The notes under the pieces are model-generated. The model did not search any database and had not been told where the DNA came from. It saw only the letters and a program-made list of their open reading frames with translations. Made by a program: the position numbers and the translations under genes. Below are positions 57,482 to 64,000 of a DNA stretch of 64,000 nucleotides, in pieces. The DNA lies in contig JBGCDK010000105.1 of the NCBI GenBank assembly GCA_045105295.1, positions 3,445-67,444 of the forward strand, written 5' to 3'. The first letter of the stretch is position 1; each line of letters begins with the position of its first letter. This DNA is from Mariniblastus sp. GTDB lineage: Bacteria > Planctomycetota > Planctomycetia > Pirellulales > Pirellulaceae.

Positions 57482-57909
57482 TTGAAGTTCCATTGTTGGA
57501 GAAATTGGACGACGGATTATCGACTATTCGAACCCGCAGTGGAACTCTAGCTGCAGAAAATTGCCTCCAAAAAATCGGCAGTTTTGCAAACTCGAACAGT
57601 TTCTCATCCTCTCATTTTCCTTTTTCACAAACAAAATTTACCAGCGGAATAAGTGTTGCTGAATGGTTTGGTGAATTTGTTCACTTCAAGATTTTTTGGC
57701 GCGATTCTGTGAATGCAAAATAAAAGCGTGAGGCTTGCAGGATTGGGGGAACGACTGAAACGGTAATCGTGTTGTGTCTCCTATCGTGTTGTAAATATGT
57801 AAAACCAAATCCGTGGGCAGAGAAAAGTTGAAAAAGTGCTTTCGGATAAAATAGACAAGGAGTAATATTGAAAAAGCAATTTTCGAAACCGCTCTAATTG
57901 GTTTATCCG

Positions 57910-58521
57910 ATGACGAATCTTCCTGATCAACCAAACGAAAATTTCAAAGAGCTGATTCGTAAAGCGAGAGAAGGCGATGAAAATGCGCTAGGGGAATTGC
58001 TTCAAAACTTCCGAGACTACTTGCTGAAAATTTCGATAGAGGAATTGGGGAACGGACTCAATGGAAAAGTAGGGGCCTCCGATGTTGTTCAGGAGGCAAC
58101 GATGACGGCGATTAAGAATTTTAAGCAATTTAAAGATCATGATTCACCAGCACTCAGGGCTTGGCTTCGAACGATCTTATTGAATCAAGTCAAACAACAC
58201 ATTCGAACTTTTAAGGGAACGCAGAAACGCCAATTAGATCGTGAATGCTCTCTGCAGCTTAATTCCTCTACTGAAATTCCAGTTGTTGATCCTCACTTAA
58301 CCCCGCAATCCAACGCGTTGAGCTTGGAAAAATCTGCCGGTTTGATCCGGGCAATGCGAGAGCTGCCAGATGAATATCAGCAAGTCATCCGGCTTCGTTC
58401 GTTCGAGGTTTTGGATTTCGCAACGATTGGCGAGGCAATGTCTCGGTCCGCCGATGCTGCTAAAAAGTTGTGGACAAGAGCAATTCTGAAACTCCAACAA
58501 GTGATGGCTAGAGAAGAGTAG
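57910..58521 (+). CDS. ECF sigma factor, planctomycete-specific subfamily (TIGR02984-like), copy 1
   Basis: ARxGDxxALGxLL...RDYL, GASDVVQE, AWLRTIL.N, LP..YQQVI.LR. Confidence 0.9.
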   Translation: MTNLPDQPNENFKELIRKAREGDENALGELLQNFRDYLLKISIEELGNGLNGKVGASDVVQEATMTAIKNFKQFKDHDSPALRAWLRTILLNQVKQHIRTFKGTQKRQLDRECSLQLNSSTEIPVVDPHLTPQSNALSLEKSAGLIRAMRELPDEYQQVIRLRSFEVLDFATIGEAMSRSADAAKKLWTRAILKLQQVMAREE

Positions 58522-58826
58522 GCATAGGTCGTGTTTCGAAAGCGATCGCCTATGCTTGGTTGCCTCAATCGTTTGGTGGGCAATTTTTGTCGTGCGCCTT
58601 TCGCCTGTCGAGTCTAGTTTCTGTTCTTCGGGCTAAGAGACCGATATAAACGTAGGCATTGAAGCGGTTTCTGGCTTCGCAAGCACACTAGACCGTTCAG
58701 TTGCCCCGGCATCCCAACAACAAGTCAATAAAAACGACAAAACCGAGATTTTTCGTGTCCGTTTGCGGTCCGTTTGGCACTTGGTGGAGTAGAAGGCTAT
58801 GTTCAGAAGTCAAAAAGGGGGCGCTC

Positions 58827-59435
58827 GTGGTAAAAAACAACGAAGGTGAATTCGAATTTTTAACACTGCTGGAACAAGCCCGTCACGGTGATGCCGTTGC
58901 CACCGGCCGACTCCTTCAGCATCACCGCAATTATCTACTGCTGATCGCTAACCAAGAACTCGATAGTGTTATCGCTCAGAAATTTGGAGCGTCAGACATT
59001 GTTCAGGAATCTTTGCTAACTGCTCACCAGCAATTTGGTAGGTTTCAGGGCAAAGAGAAAAAGCAGCTTGTAGCTTGGTTGCGTCAAATTTTGATCAACG
59101 ACCTAAATCAGGCTCGGCGAACATTTAAGGGAACTCAAAAACGCCAAGTCGATCGTGAACAGCCATTACAATCCAGTTCGTCTCATGTTCGCCCATTGGT
59201 GGATCAAGAATTGACTCCGCAAACCAATGCCTTGGCCGTGGAGCAACGCTGCCATCTCAGATTAGCGATTGCCGCTCTGCCGGCGGATTATCAAAAAGTC
59301 ATAGAGCTTCATTCATTCGACAAAATGGAGTTCAGTGAGATTGGTAAAATAATGGAGCGTTCATCTGAAGCCTGCCAGAAGTTGTGGACTCGAGCCGTGC
59401 TCAAGCTACGAGATCATTGGGGACAAATGACTTGA
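58827..59435 (+). CDS. ECF sigma factor, planctomycete-specific subfamily (TIGR02984-like), copy 2
   Basis: ARHGD.VATG.LL..HRNYL, GASDIVQE, AWLRQIL.N, LPADYQKVI; GTG start after a GGGGG RBS-like run. Confidence 0.9.
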   Translation: MVKNNEGEFEFLTLLEQARHGDAVATGRLLQHHRNYLLLIANQELDSVIAQKFGASDIVQESLLTAHQQFGRFQGKEKKQLVAWLRQILINDLNQARRTFKGTQKRQVDREQPLQSSSSHVRPLVDQELTPQTNALAVEQRCHLRLAIAALPADYQKVIELHSFDKMEFSEIGKIMERSSEACQKLWTRAVLKLRDHWGQMT

Positions 59436-59496
59436 CGCAGTCGCCATAGCCATTTTTGTTTTAGATAATTGCGAGACAATTTTAAACGAGCTAGGA

Positions 59497-62400
59497 ATGC
59501 CGAACGAACGAGATGGAGGCCCATCGAGCGACGACTCAATTTCAAACGAATCGCTCAATGCCTTGTATGAAAAAATCATTAATCAAAAGGACGATAATGG
59601 CGCACTGGACCCCGATGTTATCGGGGCACGCCAAGTCCTCGCGATCATCGAGCAGATACGTGATATCGAAAAAGGGGATACGGCTCGGGCCAACGAAACT
59701 CGGCGAAACGAGGAAAACTTTAAAGAGTACATCAATGACGACTCTGAGTCTTGGCCGTCAAAAATTGGTCGGTTTGAATTGCAAGAACCGATTGGCCGTG
59801 GTGGTTTCGGTGTTGTGTTTTTAGCTCACGACCCAAACCTTGGGCGCGATATCGCTTTGAAAATTCCGCGCCCCGAAGTCGTGACAACACCCGAGTTGAA
59901 ATCACGTTTTGTCCGAGAGGGGCGTGCTTCGGCGGCTCTCTCGCATCCAAACATCGTTCCTGTTTTTGAATCGGGGCAAGTCGGATCCATCTGTTATTTG
60001 GCCAGTCAATTTGTAGATGGCGAAACCCTTGAGCAATGGCAGTCGAATCAGGAAACGATCGCCTTAGCCCCTGCCGCTAAAATCGTTTCGACCTTGGCGG
60101 AAGCGATTTCTCACGCGCATCAACGCGGTATTCTTCATCGGGACATCAAGCCTGCCAATGTGATGCTTGCCCAAAATGATGAAAATGACGTTTCAGGTAA
60201 AGTCAGGATCATGGATTTTGGATTGGCCAAAGTCATTGGTGAGTCGAGTGAATTTTCGCGAACAAATGCGATCGTCGGAACGCCTGCCTACATGTCGCCA
60301 GAGCAAGCCAATCAAAAAGACGCGACAGAAGCCAGTGACATTTACTCATTGGGAGCCATTCTTTTCCAGTTACTCACTGGGAAACCACCGTTGCTGAAGG
60401 AGAGTTTCTTGGAAACGATTTCGGCGGTGGCAAATGAGGACGCCGTTCCTCCCAGTAAATTTAGAAACGACATACCCAAAGACCTCGATGCAATCACGCT
60501 TAAGTGCTTGGAAAAGGACCCCCGAAAACGTTACCGTTCTGCATTTGATCTGCACCGAGATTTGAACGCGTGGCTTGGTGGCAAACCGGTCGTGGCTCGC
60601 AGGCCCTCATTGCCCGAGAGGTGCAACCGCTGGATTAAATCTAATCGAGTTTTGGCGGTTTCGATGGCAACTGTCTTCGCAATACTGACTTGCGCGACAA
60701 TTGTGAGCGGTTATTTCGCCTATCGTTCCAATATTGATCAGCGATCGGCGACGGTTGCCAATGGGATCGCGAAAGATAAAACCAAGATCGCAATCAAGCA
60801 GACTGATCGGGTTTCAGAGGCGGTGCAGAGGCTGTTTGTTTCTTTGGCACGTGAACCATCGCTTCAGAAAGCTGAGTTCGCTGAGTTGCGAGAAAGACTA
60901 TATGTTTCGGCGAGCGAGTTTGTTAAGGAGCTCCACGTCGAGCAAGAGGACGACCCGCACCTTCAAGATCGGTATTTTAAATTGCTGGTTTGGGCGGCAC
61001 AAGTTTATAGCGAACTTGGCCGTAGCTCCGCCGGTCTTGCAACATTGAAAGAAGCCGAGGCTTTGATTGAGAAAATGGCGGAATCGAACGTCAACAATGA
61101 TCAATCGGCATACCAGCTAAACATCGTGAGGTCGATTCGTGCGAGGGTGTTACTTGATGCGGGGCATGCAGATGAGGCACTCGCGGAATCCCTCATTGCG
61201 CTAGATTTTGCTGAGCAGCAGTACTATTTGAACCTTGAAGACGACGTTAAAGCAGGTGTTCTTTTCAAGGAACTTGACTACGCCTGTGGACTGGCTCTCA
61301 AGGCTGGCGATTTTGCAAATCACAAAAGTCTTACCGATCGGTTCGAGAATGCTCTGACTGCGATCCATAAATCTGATCCTTTGGATTGGCCAGTTGATCG
61401 ACACTGTGCGGCATGTTTAACTCAAATAGCCAACGTTGCACTGAATGTTGGGAATGATGCCTCGGCTGAATCTTTGGTGAACAAAGCACTGGGGATTTGG
61501 CGGGAACTTGGAGCTAAGGAAGAATCGACTATCCACGCTGGTTGTGGGGCGAGCTCAGCAACGAGTAGTCAGATGGCAACCGTTTTGCAACGCTTGGCAG
61601 TTGCAAAATCAAATCAAGGGAAACTTGAGAAAGCCGAGGAACTGTTTCAGGCATACCAAAAAATGATCTCGCATCCTGACTTGCAACATGACCTTTCTAA
61701 TTTGAAGGCACTTGTTGCAAGTCATTACGATCTAGCACTCGTGGCGTTCAGACAGTCAAAATATCAAGACTGCATTGACCGATGCAAACAATGCATCGAC
61801 GGTTCGAAGCAGATTGCATTGAAGGCTCCTGAATCGGATGCGGCCTATGAAGCATTAAAAGCACAGCACATACTGCATGTCGCCTACTGTCGTTTGGGGA
61901 AACTGGAGGACGGCGAAAGAGAACTGTTGCTAGCGGTCGAAAAAGGCGAAGCGTTATTAAATCGCGATCCAAGCAATGAAAGATTTCAAGCCGAGCTTGG
62001 ATCAATCTTCTGCAATGCGGGCTACTTTTACATAAAAGAGCGCAAGGATCCTGCACGTGCATTGGAGTTGGCGGATAAAGCCGTTGCCAGCGCAGAGGCG
62101 TCATACCAAAAAGGGAAGTTCACGCTGGCCTACAACCGATACTGTGTCGCTTTGATGAATCGAGCGATGGCAGGACGCAATAATGGTGATGCCATTTCCG
62201 AGGTAGAGTATTTGGAGCGTTTTCTCAAGATCGGTCAACAAGATGATCGCTACCAAAAGATTCGACAAACAATGATGCGAGCCTACTGTTCGGCTTTCCA
62301 GTTTGATAAAGCCATCGAGCAGATGGAGGTTTTGTTAAACGAAGACTCTGTTGCACACCAACGTTTTGATATTGCGAAAGCGATTGCGCAAGCGCTCAGC

Positions 62401-62598
62401 GAGTTGGACAATGAAGAAGTAAAAGCAAAACATGATGTTGAAAAATTCATTAACGAGATGTCGAAAGCCGCGATAGAACTCCTCAATGATTTGAAAGCAG
62501 AGAATTATCAACGTGGTGGGAAAGCGATAGAAGAGTTGTTGAAAGAAAACAGCTTCAACCCATTGCGAGAGCTACCCGAATTTCCAGGAAACTCATAA
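59497..62598 (+). CDS. Hanks-type Ser/Thr protein kinase with TM helix and TPR-like C-terminal region
   Basis: GRGGFGVV, ALKIP, HRDIKPAN, DFGL, GTPAYMSPEQ; TM VLAVSMATVFAILTCATIVSGYFAY. Confidence 0.95.
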   Translation: MPNERDGGPSSDDSISNESLNALYEKIINQKDDNGALDPDVIGARQVLAIIEQIRDIEKGDTARANETRRNEENFKEYINDDSESWPSKIGRFELQEPIGRGGFGVVFLAHDPNLGRDIALKIPRPEVVTTPELKSRFVREGRASAALSHPNIVPVFESGQVGSICYLASQFVDGETLEQWQSNQETIALAPAAKIVSTLAEAISHAHQRGILHRDIKPANVMLAQNDENDVSGKVRIMDFGLAKVIGESSEFSRTNAIVGTPAYMSPEQANQKDATEASDIYSLGAILFQLLTGKPPLLKESFLETISAVANEDAVPPSKFRNDIPKDLDAITLKCLEKDPRKRYRSAFDLHRDLNAWLGGKPVVARRPSLPERCNRWIKSNRVLAVSMATVFAILTCATIVSGYFAYRSNIDQRSATVANGIAKDKTKIAIKQTDRVSEAVQRLFVSLAREPSLQKAEFAELRERLYVSASEFVKELHVEQEDDPHLQDRYFKLLVWAAQVYSELGRSSAGLATLKEAEALIEKMAESNVNNDQSAYQLNIVRSIRARVLLDAGHADEALAESLIALDFAEQQYYLNLEDDVKAGVLFKELDYACGLALKAGDFANHKSLTDRFENALTAIHKSDPLDWPVDRHCAACLTQIANVALNVGNDASAESLVNKALGIWRELGAKEESTIHAGCGASSATSSQMATVLQRLAVAKSNQGKLEKAEELFQAYQKMISHPDLQHDLSNLKALVASHYDLALVAFRQSKYQDCIDRCKQCIDGSKQIALKAPESDAAYEALKAQHILHVAYCRLGKLEDGERELLLAVEKGEALLNRDPSNERFQAELGSIFCNAGYFYIKERKDPARALELADKAVASAEASYQKGKFTLAYNRYCVALMNRAMAGRNNGDAISEVEYLERFLKIGQQDDRYQKIRQTMMRAYCSAFQFDKAIEQMEVLLNEDSVAHQRFDIAKAIAQALSELDNEEVKAKHDVEKFINEMSKAAIELLNDLKAENYQRGGKAIEELLKENSFNPLRELPEFPGNS

Positions 62599-62675
62599 GG
62601 CAACGCGATCACAACTCTCCAAGTCCCGAGATCGAGTTGCTGATCAATAACTTAACACCAGTCCTTTTTCAAAAA

Positions 62676-64000
62676 TCAATTTTGCCCCGGCTTTACACGG
62701 ACCAAACCTGCCGTTGCACTTGCTGAAACGGCACGGTGCATCAAAGAATCTATCAGCCCGGATGCTGAAGGACCATTCACGCTGTCTCGGCAATTGAACA
62801 AAACAGCCCAGATGAATCCATCAGAACGTCGAACGAGTATTGTGCTTGTTCCGGGCAGTGAACCAGTGTGGTACGCGTTGAAGATGTTCGGTTTGTTGGC
62901 CGGATCTCGTTTGAAAATTGACCAACCAAATCCGTAATAACGCTGTTGGTTGGTTCGCTTAAAATAAGTTGGTGCCGCAAAAACAGAATCAATCGCAGAT
63001 TTGCTCATCAGTGGTGAACGGTTCGGATTGTCAAATGCGGACGCGAATCTGACTAGGTCCGAAGCGCTACTGATCCAGCCGCCGTGAGAGTCCAGTGCCT
63101 CCTGATTCCAACTGCCGTACTGTGCTTTTACCCGTTTCGTACCGCCAACAACGGACGATGTGAAATTCTGTTTGCGCAAGTAATATTTGACTTCATCTTT
63201 TGCACGAAGGCCTTCCAGCGATCGCCCCAAGATGGTTCGATCCGCCCCCACGGGGTGCAGGATTTTTTCTTGGACATACTCTTCGTAATTCTGGCCCGAG
63301 ATTTTTTCGATGACTCTGCCCAGCAAGCAGTATCCGAAATTTGAGTAAGCCATCTTTTCGCCAGGCTGAAAATCCAACGGCCGCGACATCATGTAACCAA
63401 TGATATCCATTTGGTTGATAGGCAGTCTTTTTTGAAACGACTTGGCCACGGCTGATGATCGAAACATGGGATCAAACGAAGCCGAACGATCAAATCCTGC
63501 CGTGTGATGAAGCAACTGCTCAATTGTGATCTTTTTAAAATCAGGTTCGATCGGTTTGGGGGTTGTTGATTTGGGATACTCAGGGAGGAAATCCAAAACG
63601 TCGAAAACTTTGTCAGTCAGTTTCAACTGATCTCGATCAATTAGCTGGGCGATTGCCGCGCCAGTGAGTGGTTTGGAGATGCTCGCAATTCGCAACAACG
63701 AATCCGGGTTCATTTTTATTTTTCGTTCTAGATCAGAGAATCCAAAACCTCGCTCGTAGATGATTTTCCCTTCATAGCCAACGGCGACGGTTGCGCCGGG
63801 CAACTGATGTTTCAGCAAAAATGAAATGAAGAGCTTATCCAACGCCGCTGAAGAATCCGACGTTACGCCTGTTGCTGGGATGTCGTACGTAGTTTTCCAA
63901 ATCGTGCCTAGCGTCGTGGAATCTTTTTGTTCTGTTTTCGACCGCGATTGAGCCCATGTCGACGCCGAAGTGCAAAAGACGATTGAAAGACCCGTTAATA
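62676..64000 (-). CDS. Serine hydrolase (class C beta-lactamase-like), 5' end runs off window
   Basis: ASISK (SxxK), HHTAG, YSN, HTGSLPG; frame stays open to 64000 with a signal-peptide-like segment (LTGLSIVFCTSASTWAQ). Confidence 0.9.
   Translation of the reverse strand, partial: LTGLSIVFCTSASTWAQSRSKTEQKDSTTLGTIWKTTYDIPATGVTSDSSAALDKLFISFLLKHQLPGATVAVGYEGKIIYERGFGFSDLERKIKMNPDSLLRIASISKPLTGAAIAQLIDRDQLKLTDKVFDVLDFLPEYPKSTTPKPIEPDFKKITIEQLLHHTAGFDRSASFDPMFRSSAVAKSFQKRLPINQMDIIGYMMSRPLDFQPGEKMAYSNFGYCLLGRVIEKISGQNYEEYVQEKILHPVGADRTILGRSLEGLRAKDEVKYYLRKQNFTSSVVGGTKRVKAQYGSWNQEALDSHGGWISSASDLVRFASAFDNPNRSPLMSKSAIDSVFAAPTYFKRTNQQRYYGFGWSIFKRDPANKPNIFNAYHTGSLPGTSTILVRRSDGFIWAVLFNCRDSVNGPSASGLIDSLMHRAVSASATAGLVRVKPGQN

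Noticed and set aside
57748-57773. ECF autoregulatory promoter GGAAC...CGTGTT
   Set aside because: The 15-nt spacer is shorter than typical ECF spacing, and the cognate motif of this group is not known to me
1345-63344. Numerous short antisense and alternative-frame ORFs in the six-frame track
   Set aside because: They lie within or opposite longer genes with clear family motifs and show no independent signature

Overview
A gene-dense window from a planctomycete, probably Pirellulaceae-like. This is inferred from the DUF1559 pilin-like gene, a Minf_1886/TIGR04138-type gene, mch with a RimK-like ligase, and planctomycete-type ECF sigma/Ser-Thr kinase genes. The left half (1-30 kb) carries housekeeping and accessory genes: miaA (partial), a 2-hydroxyacid dehydrogenase, RicT/PSP1, a SEC-C/TPR protein, an orphan OleC, mch and rimK-like, a purple acid phosphatase, a vitamin K-dependent carboxylase homologue, DUF1559, DUF1598, an FHA-GAF sigma-54 activator, DUF1570, an S46 peptidase, a PQQ dehydrogenase-diheme fusion and an HD-GYP response regulator. 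From 30 to 54 kb lies a Wzx/Wzy polysaccharide locus with two sulfotransferases, an FkbM methyltransferase, an FnlA/QnlA/QnlB-type triad, two DegT aminotransferases, Wza, Wzc and a large O-antigen-ligase-TPR protein. Between Wza and the ligase sit two paralogous secreted proteins that share an unnamed Gly-rich / RR / hydrophobic / DDxSPxE C-terminal motif; this is the best candidate for an undescribed sorting or glycosylation system. The right end has two tatA-family genes, an active-site-remodelled PanB paralogue, a YceI-EF-hand protein, two tandem ECF sigma factors with one Ser/Thr kinase, and a partial serine hydrolase. I saw no rRNA, tRNA, CRISPR array or transposase, but GT(A/G)G-tagged REP-like palindromes and several short tandem repeats are present. 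All family assignments come from motif recognition by eye; no database search was run.
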